Positions 1 through 14,500 of a DNA stretch of 64,000 nt are shown here, in pieces (positions within the stretch are counted from its first letter, which is position 1; the number at the start of each line of letters is the position of its first letter). The notes under the pieces are model-generated. The model saw only the letters and a list, made by a program, of their open reading frames with translations. It ran no database searches and had not been told where the DNA came from. This DNA comes from Chrysomallon squamiferum. Taxonomy: Eukaryota > Animalia > Mollusca. The translations under genes and the position numbers were made by a program. The DNA lies in assembly GCA_012295275.1 (NCBI GenBank), contig CM022673.1:21390001-21454000 (forward strand), given 5' to 3'.

Positions 1-367
1 TGTTAATTCTTCTTATCAGTCTTTTGTTTGTTTTTCAAAAAATGTTCAATACTTTTTTATCTGCAAAATTATTATTATTTTATTTTCATATTTTATAAAT
101 TCCAGATTTACTATTTTAAAAACCCATTGTTATGTGTATTTTTAACAATTGTGTGTTTTGTGAGGAAGAAATTAGAGGGTGATTAAATGAATGAAAGAAT
201 GAATTTCCTTTATCACAGGTTTCCTGTAAAAACAAAATGAATCAATAAATATTGTTTCTCAAAAAATATATATGTAATAGAATATCCAGAATATATTTTA
301 TGAAGAACAAAATCAAGTTGTAAAAAATATTACTTGGATTGTTATTAATGTGATTTTTATTTTACAG

Positions 368-1199
368 CCATACAGTGTCCAGGTGGTCAGGAATACCAAG
401 TGTGTGGTAGTCCATGTGCACGGACCTGTCGAAACCTGGCTGAAAATGAGCACTGTGGTGAGAACAACAAATGTGTGGAGGGTTGCAACTGCCCACAAGG
501 TCAGACACTTGATGCCAATGACCAGTGTGTAGATATAGCTCTGTGTCCATGTCTTTTTGACAATCGTGAATACGCTCCAGGCTTTGTCACTTCAAAGGAT
601 GGAGATATATGGTAAATATTTATGTTAACACACTGGTCTGAAAACAAACAAGGCAAAAAAAACACTAACAATGTCTCTATTTCTGATTTCACATTTAGAT
701 TTAACTGAAAATTTTGATCTTAAAATATGCTGTATTAAGAATACAGAAATAAGTTCTAAAAAAATAAGGAAACTTTTAAAATATTTTAAGATATTTTATA
801 TACAAATCCATTTTGCATTAAATAGTAAAAGCACTGAACTCTTTGTCACAAAATTATATTCTTTATTTTAAGTGTATGTGCTGGAGCTAAATGGAATTGC
901 CAGCCTATACCAACTTCAGGTCCTACAGGTACACCTGTACTTATCAACAACACTACCATCCAGTCAATTTGTCCTGATACCATGGAATACAGTACTTGTG
1001 TTACTTCCTGTCCTGTTACTTGTGATAACATGCATGATCCACCCACATGTAGTCAAACTAAGTGTACATCTGGATGTGTCTGCAAACCAGGTTATGTCAG
1101 GGAAGGAAATGATTGTGTCAATGCTACAATGTGTCCTTGCCATCACGGTGGCAAAGCTTTCTATGAAGGTGACAAAATAACCATGGACTGTAACCAATG
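368..1199 (+). CDS. Mucin exons 368-611 and 873-1199: TIL-E and TIL'-E' modules
   Basis: [18 protein letters not shown]...[10 protein letters not shown]...CPC and [18 protein letters not shown]...[10 protein letters not shown]...CPCHHGG, both with TIL cysteine spacing. Donors TG|gtaaat and TG|gtaagc. Confidence 0.92.
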
Positions 1200-4100
1200 G
1201 TAAGCAAAGACCACTCATTTTTTTATTTAAATAGTGAAAACCTAAATCTTGTAATTTTTTTTTTATATATAATTTTCAAATGTAATAACATTATTCTTTT
1301 AGCAATCTTCAAAATATTTTTCTATATTATTATTGATCTTGGAACATATTTAATGTTAATTTTCAGCACAAGTTTAATATTTATAAGTATATTTATTATT
1401 AATTTATGGTGGTTTTGCAGTGTGTGTAAGAGTCGTAAATGGGAATGTGAAGACAAAGATTGTCCAGCTATTTGCAGCACTGTTGGAGACTCACATTACA
1501 CAACATTTGATGGCAAACCGTTTCAGTTTCAGGTAAGAAAGTACAGAAATAAATATGAATTAGTCTTAAAGGCAATGGTAAAATAAATACTTTTAGTACA
1601 TATTTAACTGAATCTGTATCTTGGAGGAGTAATGGTGTGCTTTTTTATTTTTATTTTTCTTGTTTGCAACATTTTTATTAGAAACATATAATAAAGACTT
1701 GATTAGAATAATAAAATCGATCACACAATATTTTCTGTGTTGTTTTATCTAGGGCACATGTGTGTACACATTAGTAAAATCAACATCAACTAATCCAGCT
1801 AAGTTCCAGGTGACAGCAGAAAATATTCCTTGTGGCACATCTGGAGTAACATGCACCAAGTCTATTGAAATCACTGTTGGAGAGCCTGGAGAACCCAACT
1901 TCTACCGACTTGAATTAATCCGCGGAAAGCCTGTAATACCTGATCCTGGTTCACCATTCACTGTAAAAGATGTGGGAAGTTTTGTGTACATAAATACAAG
2001 CCTGGGCTTCAGCATTCAGTGGGATAAAGGGACACGAGTGTACATTCGACTTGAAACAAAACATAGAAATAAAGTAAAGATGTCTTCTGTTTTACTTTTT
2101 TCTGTTAATTAGAATTATTTTTGAGAGTTAAATTAAATATAAACAAATTCTATTAATTCCAGATCTTTATTCAAAATAACTTTTAATGGATATTATAAAA
2201 TAATGTGAATAAAATTTATTATCAATACTTTTTATATCTTACCCAGTATATGTTTATTATCTAAGGTTGGCTTTAAATTTTTTATTACAGATAATTAAAA
2301 AATAGGTCAGGGATAACACATTTAATTTTTTAATTTTATAGATTTAATACATTATTTGACATTTTCCAGGTTGCAGGTCTTTGTGGCAATTACAATGGAG
2401 ATCAAAAAGATGACTTCAAAATGCCACAAGGTGGACCACCAGCTGTTTCGGCTACAGCTTTTGGAGACAGTTGGAAAGTGTATGACTACTGCTCCCCATC
2501 TAAGTCTGTTGTAGACACTTGCCAAGTGAGTCCCCATAGGAAACCTTGGGCTCAGAAGAAATGTGGCATCATTCAGTCAGACTTGTTTGAGCCATGCCAT
2601 GCTGTTGTTGATTACCAACCTTTCTTGGACAGATGTATTTTTGATGCTTGTGCATGTGATTTAGGAGGAGACTGTGAATGTCTCTGTACAGCCATTGCAG
2701 CATATGCTCATGAGTGTGCTGTCAAAGGAACTCCTATTCACTGGAGAAGTAATGAACTGTGTGGTAGGTTGAATGGACAAAACTGTTTATAATTGAAAGA
2801 AAAAACAATTAAAAATGTTATTTAATCACTTAATATTGAAAACAAAACCTTTGACTGAAAAACTGAGCTTTACCTCATTCTCACCTGTTAACTCACTTTT
2901 TGTTCAAACACCAGCAAATATTTTAAAATAGTTTCAATTTTTATTTGCAGCACTGGACTGTCCAGATTGTATGATATATAGCCCATGTGTATCTACCTGT
3001 CCAAAAAAGACCTGTGACAACCATCTTGTCTATGACAAAATTACAGTAGACTGCAGAAAGGATCTGTGTTTTGAAGGATGTGATCTTCAGTCATGTCCCA
3101 CAGGGCAGGTCTTTGATGGAAATGTGTCTCCAATGAAGTGTATCCCAGAACCTTTCTGCAACACAACAGCATGCATCATCAATGGAAAAAAGTACAGAGA
3201 AGGCGAAAGAATTGATGATCCTAAGGCTTGCCGAATAGACTGTGAAATCTGGTATCCTGTTATATATGTATTGCATGAACCAATTTATCTGTATTAATAT
3301 TTAATAAGATGTTTAAGTATATTGGTTTTTGATTTTATTAAATCTGTTAAATGTATTGCAAATTTAATATTTTTAAAATTTTACAGCTGTAAAATAAAAA
3401 TGTATATAATTTTAAAATTTACTCTGTTTTGCCTATACTTTTGTTAAATCTTTTTTATTATCACTGTTAAATGATTCATACTTTGTGCACAGATATATTA
3501 AATCATAAAACAGTAGCATGCCTCGTTTTAAAATTTCAATAAAACCAACAAATCCTGTACTGTGTAATTTTCTTTTTCCCAAAAGTACTTGCAACAGTGG
3601 GCAGCTGAAGCGAATGGGCTTCTGCACTGGAACAACTCCTTACATTGTCCAGCCTACAATCTCTCCAACAGCCTTGCCACCAGTGTCACCCACAGTTCAC
3701 ATAGGAAAGTTTTCAGCAAAGTGCACCAAAACTGGATGGACACAGTGGATGAGTGCCAGTACTCCATCACCAGCCAATCGAGGAGATATTGAAAGCATTG
3801 ACAACCTGCGTAAGAAGTACTCCTTCTGTTCAGAGAATCAGATGGAAAGTATTGAGTGTCGTGTGGTGGGACCAGGACCGATGGCTAGCTATGCAGGGCA
3901 GACAATATCATGTGATTTGCCTGAAGGATTCAAATGCTTGCACATCGACCAAACAAATGGTGACATGTGCTATGATTATGAAGTGCGATTCAGTTGTGAC
4001 TGTAAGTGAACTTGAATCTGAACTCTTAATTTCTTTCACATTAAATTTTCATCAAAACAGTTTTAGTTAAAGTCTTCACTGAAGACTGCATGGATCTGAG

Positions 4101-5534
4101 AGAACTCAGTTTGATTGTTTATTTTTCTTTTGCATAATTTTTCACACAGTCTTTAAATAAAGACACTAAACTGTGTCCTTTGTTGCTTTTGTATAAAAAG
4201 TGTATACATGGTGGGGTTGTCATAATTATATATGCTACGTGTGGATAACGTATTTTAAATACTGATCAAGCTAGCAGCTGTATTGTACCCAGTTGTTAGG
4301 TTTTAGTACATATAAAATGCTTATGAAGTATCTATCTTCACAAACCCCCACCCTCGGAAAGTAACCATAACTTTTAGAATTTTGGTTTTTGTTAAATAAT
4401 AATAATTATGATAATTAATTAGAGATGATTTTATTTTTTTATTTATTTTTTTTAAATTGTTTTTATATTTTACATCTAGTTATTTTGTTTTACCATTTCT
4501 GACCTATGACTCATGACTTTAATTCTGGTTGTTTAAGAAATGCTACCAGATTTTGGAATGAGCTGACAGTATTGTTTTTAATCAGTTATTTAATGAGGTT
4601 ATACACAAAACAAGGTCAGTGTCTCAGTTGAGGATTCATGGATAACGGCTTTCCAACGGAGCTGTAAATAAATTCTGGACTTTCTGAACTTATTTTTATA
4701 AAGAGGCTGCAGCCAATTTGTATTTAAAAATATATGGAATTATTTTAGTATATATATATATATATATTTACATATATATCTAAAGCTCAGTGTAGTATTA
4801 GTTGTTTGGGTTTATATGCCTGTGATAAATAATGTAAGTACTGCTTAACATAGTTGATAGATAGCTGAAAATTTAACAGTAGTAGAGGATGCTTGCATTA
4901 GATGCTATACATAGAACTGGATAACGTTATCCGCATGTATGTAGATTTAAAGTTACTTCTTAAATACTGTAATATTTTGGTACTGCAAAATATTGGTTAA
5001 TTTGTTATCGAAGATTAGAAAAGCATGCTTTGAAAATGACATTTTTGTCACAGTAATGCAGTATCAAGATGTTCATGGTATTTGAGATTTGATAATCTTT
5101 AATTATAAATAATGTGTAATTATATGTAACAGAAATTTATTGTTTTAAGTTGATTAATAAGGGAAAATAAGAATTATTAAAATTATTTTGGTTCCAAGAA
5201 TTATTAAAAAAAAAAAAAAGATATAGTATTTAATATTTTTTAATAAATAATTTTGGATAAATTTGTTTATTACATTGATTTAGAAAAAATTAATAATTCG
5301 TTAATTAATAAGAAAAAATTCTTACCCCCAAAAATGTAATGTTACAGTAGGTTTTCTTTGAACAGTGTATAAATATGAAACCTAATTATTTTCAGGTCAC
5401 AGAAGCCTCACTAAAGAACCTATCATAGGACCAATTTTGAGTCCAACTCCTTCACCTTCAACTAATGGATCAGGTTAGTGAATTTTTTAGTTGGTTTGTA
5501 TGGCTATTTGTATTTATGTGCGAATGTGAATGTG

Positions 5535-5584
<50 letters not shown>

Positions 5585-8500
5585 AATAGATTTAAGTGGT
5601 GTTGAAATAAATATCTACACTCATATTAAAAGATGTTGATGCTTAATCTTTTTTTTTTTTTTTTTTTTTTCTCAAAGCCATTCACTGGAAGCACTGATGG
5701 TGATTAAAAAAAGAAGTCACTAATTAAAAACTTCCAGATAAATGATTTCTAAAACAGTAAAAATGCGATTATTAAGATTAGTTTTATTTCTCCACAGCCA
5801 ACGCATCATTTTCACCACCTGTGAGTCCTGTTGGAACACCAGGTAATGTTCCCTCCAAAGGTCCAACAGGTTTACCTACAGTATCACCACCAGGTGGATC
5901 ACAGGTTCTTCCTGAGGAAAAATGTACTAAAAGTGGTTGGACCACCTGGATGAATGTTGACACTCCAGAAGGGGACGGAGATCTGGAATCTTTACAGTCT
6001 CTGAGAAATGCATATTCATTCTGTCGTGAACAAGATATTACCTACATTCAGTGTCGACAAGTAGGCACAGGACTGAGTTATGACAAGACAGATGATGTGA
6101 ACACAGTCTGTTCCACAAAAGCAGGTTTCCTCTGTTACAACAGTAATCAGAAAGATGGAAATTGCAACAATTACGAAGTTCGGATTTACTGCTACTGCTC
6201 TGTTTTTCGTAAGTCTGAAACCTCAATTTTATTCTTTTAATTCAGGCAATATAATATAATCATTATTTCATGGCTATTCTATTTTTCATGCTTAACAGTT
6301 TGTGCAACTTAACAAACATTATGAATCTCAAGTATTTATCAACTATTCAGCAAACATAATTTCACTGCTATAATGTTTTTCATAAAAAATTTCTACTTTT
6401 AAGCATCTATACTGTTGGTTTTATTACTGTGCACCCTATGATCTGGGTATTTAATTCTTGTTTTTAGAATGCAGAGATAACCTGATGGAAGACCTGAAAT
6501 ACATTCCAGATAATCAGATCACCAGTTCTAGTGTCTTTGATAATAATCCAATATATTCCCCAGCCAAAGTACGTTTCACATCCAAAACATCATGGAAACC
6601 AGGTACTTAAGTTTTGTTTGTTATCAGTGTTCTTTATAACACAGTTATCAGGACATTTATATTAATGATAATGATAAAATATTTACTTTTAGATTTAGCT
6701 TTCTACATCTTTTCTGTAGGTTTGGAATACCTTTTTACAGTTACTGTGATGGATATTCTTACTTTATATTTACTATTTTATAAACTTTGTAAATATCTAA
6801 TGTATCTACTTTAAAAATAAACAAAACTGTTACAGCTTTACCAATATGTTAACATAAGTTGAACATCCAGTAAACTGTGTATTTTTCCTATGGTCTGAAC
6901 AGTATATCTGACGATGTACCAGTTAGGATATCCCTGCTTATTTCTGCAAAAATTCATGCTCTTTAGATCTATTATCTGTCATCAGTAAAAATAATATTAA
7001 AGTTTTTATTTTAAAAAGACAAAAATGACCGAGCACCTTGGATACAAGTGGACTTTGGAGAACCTGTTTCTGTTATGGGGTTTGTGACTAAAGGGAATGA
7101 AAACAGTGCAGAGTGGGTCACAGAATATCAAGTTGAGTACAGTGGTGTCACATGTGACAAACTGCAGTACATGACAGGACCTGATGGTAAACCTAAGGTA
7201 ACTAACACTATCCAAAAAACAAGATATTGTAATATTTGCTTAATTTGTATAAATAAAATCAAATTCCTACAATGAGTTCAAATAAATGACACAGACATTT
7301 TTGATTGTTATATATACAAATTGAACATTTCAGTTAATTCAGATGTTTTTGTATTATATGAATAAGACTAATTCATCCCCATATAATTAATATATTTTTA
7401 TGACCATCTTAACTAGGATAAAAGTATCTTTATTGTTCTCTTTTTAAACTTTTGTTATATATATTATTATAATATAAAATAATATTAAAAGTATGTGTAT
7501 AATAATAACAACAGAAAAACAGAACAGAAAGAAACTGATAAATGGAAATAATAAGATAAAATGACAAAATGAAATGAATGGAAATGAAATATGTCATTTC
7601 TGTTTAAATCTTTTTGAGAGAGGAATATGCTTTATAATAATTTTATTAAGACTCGCTATATTGTATTTTCATTATTTCAGACTTTTAAAGGTAATTCTGA
7701 TTCTACATCCAGTATCAGGAACATGCTATCAGGGAAGTATGAAGACATTCGATGCTTGAAAATTCATCCAGTAGCCTTCAACAATGCACCAGCAATGAGG
7801 CTTGAAATTATAGGATGCCGAAATTTTGGTAATGCTTTTTTATTATGTATTTTTAACTCTTTATATTATCAAGTATATGTATCAAGGATATATTTAAATA
7901 ATTATGCAGCATAGTGTTTGTTTGTGTAAGTAATTTTACTGTTATTAAAGAAACTAGAAAAATCCCAACAATAATGATTTTTTAGTATAATTTAAATTTA
8001 TTTTGGAATTTTTTTTTTCTCTATAAAATTGTTAATTTTCTTAATAAATAATGATTAAAATGCACATGTTTCATAACAGTCCATTAGAATCTGAAGTAGA
8101 ATTAGAAAAACTGTATATATATATATATTTTTTTTTAAAGTTCCTATATCACCTACATCTGTTATTGGAGCAACACCCACACATCACCCAATAGGAGTCT
8201 CTGGAGAAACAGCCACACCTCACCCAACAGGAATGTCTGGAGAAACACCCACACCTCACCCAACCGGAATCTCTGGAGAAACACCCATACATCACCCAAC
8301 AGGAGTGTCTGGAGAAACAGCCACACGTCACCCAACAGGAGTCTCTGGTGCAACACCCACACCTCACCCAACAGGAGTCTCTAGAGAAACAGCCACACAT
8401 AACCCAACAGGAGTGTCTGGAGAAACACCCACACATCACCCAACAGGAGTGTCTGGAGAAACACCCACACCTCACCCAACAGGAGTCTCTGGAGAAACAC

Positions 8501-11500
8501 CCACACCTCACCCAACAGGAGTCTCTGGAGAAACACCCATACATCACCCAACAGGAGTCTCTGGAGAAACAGCCACACATCACCCAACAGGAGTGTCTGG
8601 AGAAACAGCCACACGTCACCCAACAGGAGTATCTGGTGCAACACCCACAACAAACACCCACACCTCACCCAACAGGAGTGTCTGGAGAAACACCCACACA
8701 TCACCCAACAGGAGTGTCTGGAGAAACACCCACACCTCACCCAACAGGAGTGTCTGGAGAAACACCCACACCTCACCCAACAGGAGTCTCTGGAGAAACA
8801 CCCATACATCACCCAACAGGAGTCTCTGGAGAAACAGCCACACATCACCCAACAGGAGTGTCTGGAGAAACAGCCACACCTCACCCAACAGGAGTGTCTG
8901 GAGAAACACCCACACCTCACCCAACAGGAGTGTCTGGAGAAACAAACCTCACCCCAGTGTCTGGAGAAACACCCACACATCACCCAACAGGAGTCTCTGG
9001 AGAAACACCCACACATCACCCAACAGGAGTGTCTGGAGACCTCACCCAACAGGAGTCTCTGGAGAAACCCACACCTCACCCAACAGGATACATCACCCAA
9101 CAGGAGTCTCTGGAGAAACAGCCACACATCACCCAACAGGAGTGTCTGGAGAAATAGCCTCACCTCACCCAACAGGAGTGTCTGGAGCAACACCCACACC
9201 TCACCCAACAGGAGTCTCTGGAGAAACACCCACACCTCACCCATCAGGAGTGTCTGGAGCAACACCCACACCTCACCCAACAGGAGTCTCTGGAGAAACA
9301 CCCACACATCACCCAACAGGAGTGTCTGGAGAAACAGCCACACCTCACCCAACAGGAGTGTCTGGAGAAACACCCACACATCACCCAACAGGAGTGTCTG
9401 GAGAAACACTCACACCTCACCCAACAGGAGTCTCTGGAGAAACACCCACACCTCACCCAACAGGAGTGTCTGGAGAAACACCCACACCTCACCCAACAGG
9501 AGTGTCTGGAGAAACACCCACACCTAACCCAACAGTAGTCTCTGGAAAAATACCTACTCCAGTAACAACAGTATCAAGTTCAAATCCGACTACAGTTCCA
9601 TATGCTTGTGTCCAGGGATGGTCACATTGGATGAATATTGACCATCCCAGTATTTCCAGAGTTTTTGAAGAGCAAGGAAGTGGTGATTATGAAAGAATTG
9701 CAGACCTTCGTTATTATTATGGTTTCTGTGCACACCCAACAAGTATCAAATGTCGAAGTGTTTCTTCACATGAGCCATCTCATTTAACAGGAGACAAAGG
9801 AACCATCTGCAATGTGCTTGTTGGTTTTATCTGCTATAACAATCTTCAGCCAAGTGGCAAATGTATGGATTATGAAGTCAGTGTCTCATGTGATTGTGGA
9901 GGTATGTATTGTAAATTTATTTATTTCTCATCTAAGTTCAGATTCAATTTATTTGACTTCAGTTGCATCTAATATGTATGTAACAATTTTAAGCATTCTT
10001 AAATTTTTATTTTATTATATATGTTTGGTTAAAAGGTGACACAGAATATTTTTGAATTATGTCTTTATGAGAATTTGTATAATAATATTCCTCAAACACA
10101 AATTTACCAAACAGTATGTCAGGTTAAAAGAAAAATTGGATCAGTTATAAAAAACAAAACTGTTCTTTCTATTATCTCTGTTGATAAGACATTTTTTTAC
10201 TGATACATATTTAATATTTTCTGTTAACTCAGCTGAACCAACAGTTGAACCAACTGCAAAACCTTCCTGCAAGTGGACCCAGTGGATGAATACGTCACCT
10301 TGGAATCTTAACACTCATGGAGATTATGAGACCATAAGTGCTTTACGTTTACATTACGCATTTTGTGAGAGTCCTGCAGACATTGAATGTCGAGTAGCAC
10401 CTACCAATCCTAGTCATCAGAGTATTCCATACGACAAGTCTGGACAGAAAGGAGTTTCTTGTAATCTTAATCATGGTCTGGTTTGTGTGGACTTCATGCA
10501 GGCAGCAGGAGAGAAATGCTTTGATTATGAAGTTAGACTTTACTGTACTGATGCCTGTCCTTCAAGTATTTCACCAACAGCAACTCCTCCAATTGGAGGC
10601 ACAGGTAAACCAACATCATATCCACCTAAAGTTACTGGAGATACATCACATCCAGTTGGAATATCTGGTGAGACACCAACACCTCATCCTACAGGAGTCA
10701 CTGGAGTTTCACCAACAAGAACTGTTGGAAATGAAAACTGCACTGATGGCTGGACTGCATGGATTAACAAAGACAAACCAGACTCAGAAGGAGGTGATAT
10801 AGAAACTATACAGAATATACCTGGGTATCCAAAAACATGCATTAAAGCTATTGCAGCTGAATGTCGTGTGGCTGGAAGTAAATCTAATTGGAAATCAACA
10901 GGACAGGATGCAGTCTGCAGTAAAGAAGGTTTTATTTGCATGAACAGTGAAAATCAGCAGTGTGTTGATTATGAAATCCGATACTACTGTATCTGTAAGT
11001 TTTAGTGTTTTCTAAAATACTTTATTGTTATCACCAGTGAATTGCATGAAATTAAATTAACTAAATGCTTTTTAATAATAATATTATTAACTTTTAAAAA
11101 AATGGTAAAGTTCTTGCTTCTGAATTAGATAATGTAAAATTTTATTAGGTATATACTACTAAAATATGTGTTAGGCCTTTTGCATCATATATGTATCATT
11201 AATCATATCTAATTAAAAATTTGTAAGTTGTTTAAAACAAATAGGGTAAAATCATTGTATATTGTGATTTTTAAAAAATAAATAGATCTTTATATGTGAA
11301 ACTATGCATAAAATATATAACTACCAATTTATATATTCTAGGTGCTGAACCTACACTTTCACCAACACTAAATCCAACTGCTTCTCCTGCAAGCCCTAGT
11401 CAGATACAAACAGCTGTCTGCACTCATGGATGGACTCATTTGATGAATGTAGACTGGCCTTATAACCAAAATGGTGGTGATTTTGAGACCATCAAAAACT

Positions 11501-14500
11501 TGAGGATGGCTTATTCATTTTGTGATGAAAATAACATAGTTGCAGTGAGATGCTTGGAAATTCAGACTAACAAAGAATGGTATAAAACTGGACAAAATGT
11601 CAGATGTGAAAAAACATTTGGTCTAGAATGCTTTGACAAAGACCAGATAGTTGGTCATTGTTTGATTATGCAGTACAGTTTTACTGTGACTGTACTCATG
11701 GTAAGTATTAGAAGATGTAAGCAGTAACTGTCTGTAATAAAATTGGTCTAAACTGTGCTAAGTTTGAATGTCATAATATATAAATCCTTCTGATAAAACA
11801 TTTCAGCCAATGTTCCATAACAACTTTGTCAACATCCTTAATGAATGCTTTTCAGTTCAGTAGAACAACTTTGTCAACATCCTTAATGAATGCTTTCCAG
11901 TCATTATCCTACACTTAAATGAATAGCTAACAAAATACACTGATGTGTCGTAAAATAAACTTTCATTTCTTAAACTGAGAAAAATTAGTCTCAGTATACT
12001 GCTAGAACAGAAATAAAATGTAAAATTCATTGCTTCTAATATCCATATAATTTTATTTTTCCATTTCAAAGTTTTATAACACTAGAATGCCCTTAAATAT
12101 GTGGCCAGATTATAAAAGTAAAATTGTTTTCTTTGCAGTAACATTTAGCCCTTCAGTTTCACCTGGAACAATATCAGAAGGAAGACCTACTGTTCACCCT
12201 CTAAATATGACTGGCGCTACTCCTACAGTTTCACCTTCACACGGCCATATTTCTTTTTCACCATATGTAGGAAGCAATGGTCAGCCTACCATTTCACCTT
12301 CACCAAGTGGTTCTAAGCAGCCATCTATTTCTCCAAACACAGGACCTACAGGCCAGCCTACTGTTTCACCACAACCAAGTGAATCAAAGCAGCCATTTGT
12401 TTCACTATATACAGGACCAGGTGGTCGGCCCTCAGTTTCACCAAATACTGGACTTAGTGGTCAACCTACCATTTCACCACAACCTAATGGAACTAATAAA
12501 CCATTTGTTTCACCAAACACAGGACCTGGTGGTCAACCAACTATTTCTACAACAGTCTACAAGTGGACAACTGTAATAGGAACTTCACATGTTACTAAGA
12601 AAGGTAAAATCTTTATTACATTTTATCATGTGCCAGAATTTTATATATTCCTTTATTATTAATTTTTTTTTATATGTAATTAATTCTGTTACTGTTTATT
12701 ATTATTAATGAAATGGTAAAAATTTCATACTGTAATCATAACTTATATAAGAAAATTCAATAATTAGTGTCAATATTTTGTTATTAGGCACTATTGAATA
12801 TCCTTGAATACATTAATTTCTATTAGGAGACAGTATCAGTTATAATCTGGTAAAAACATATTTCTACTGTACAATTAATATTTATTTATTTATTTAGTCT
12901 GTGATACTCCAATGGGACTGAACAATCCACATCATTTTGGAAAGGATCAATTCCAGGCTTCAACATCTTTTGACTATAAATATGAACCATCCCAGGCTCG
13001 ATTACACTTACAACCAGAAAATGGATTGGGTGGTGCTTGGATGCCAAGGTTTGAAATATGGCCACATTTTCAATTTCACTATGTGCTGTGATTACTACAA
13101 TTTAATATAAAAGTATTACTGCAGTGAAATAATATAATAACAACAATAATATTTTATGCAAATTTCTCTTTAGTAATTACAAATAAAGTATTAAAATGTC
13201 GACATGCTATTTCTGGATGTTAATTATTGTATCAGTTCTCAAAATTTTTATTTATTTTTTTTTTTTTTCAACATATAATTTTAATTGACTAGTTTTCACT
13301 ATATAAAAAACATAAAGTGTTGAGAACTATTATTAACCAGTTTAAATTTTGAATTATTTATCAAATTAAAATTAAATATTTAAAAAATTAATTACTGTCT
13401 TGTAAATGAAATAAATCCCTAGTTTTATGAAAATAATTGAGATAATAAATAATCTTATGATATCATGAAAATTTTGAGTCCTAGGGATGGATATTCTACA
13501 TCATATGAAATAAAGGGCTATTTTCATATTGATATAATAATACTAGATATTAGATATATCTGAATAATATTTTTTTTTAGAATGATGGACTCAAAGCAGT
13601 GGATTCAGGTGGACTTTAAAATACCCCAACTGGTATCAGGTGTTATAATACAAGGACAGCCTGATGCTGACCACTGGGTGACAAAGTACAAAGTTTTGTA
13701 CAGCTTGGATGGGTCATACTTTGTACCTTACATTGATACAGGAAATCTGTTTCCAAGGGTTTTCAAAGGCAATGATGACAGAAACTCATTGTCAACATCA
13801 CTGTTTGACAGAGAAATTCAGGCTCGCTATATAAGGATTCAACCTTTGGAATGGAAAAATAAGATTGCCCTCAGATTTGACATTCTTGCTTGCATTGGTA
13901 CAGCAACAGTGGAGCCATCAGCAGGTCCAACAGGAAAAACCTACTTCTAGAACCACAGGAAAACTTACATCTGGGGCAACAGAAAAACCTACTCTTGAAC
14001 CAACAGGAAAACCTACTGCTTGGCTAACTGGAAAATTAACATCTGGGGTAACAGAAGAACCTACTTCTGGACCAACAGCAGCCCAAACTTCTATACACTC
14101 ATCGCAAGAATTCACACTAGCACCAGGTAGTTTCAAGATGTAACTTTAATATTATAAGCAGCATCCAAGTGTTGGACTCATCTGTCAGTCATACAAAACA
14201 TTTAAAGATTTTCCTTTGTGTTTGTAATATTTTATACATTTACCCTTAAAATACTAAAATCAGAATAAATGTCTAGACATTAGTCTATTATTATTATCAT
14301 TATTATTAATTTTTATTTTTATTTATTAATTTGTTTTCTTCTAGTATGTGGTCAGCCAATGGGAATTAGCAGTGGATATTATATTAAACCAGACCAGTTA
14401 AGTGCCACAGAAGCAATTAATACTGTGTCTACAGCTTCAATGGGAAGATTAACCAATCCCTTGGGATCATGGGTGCCAAAGTAAGTTACTTTACTTATTT

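Noticed and set aside
8149-9492. Long minus-strand and alternate-frame ORFs (e.g. 8381-9409, 342 aa; Cys/Trp or Leu/Val repeats)
   Set aside because: They are shadows of the stop-poor 36-bp repeat. They have no splice context and no extent beyond the repeat.
8170-9550. 36-bp periodic array resembling a CRISPR repeat length
   Set aside because: There are no unique spacers and no cas genes, and it is a coding minisatellite inside a eukaryotic exon.
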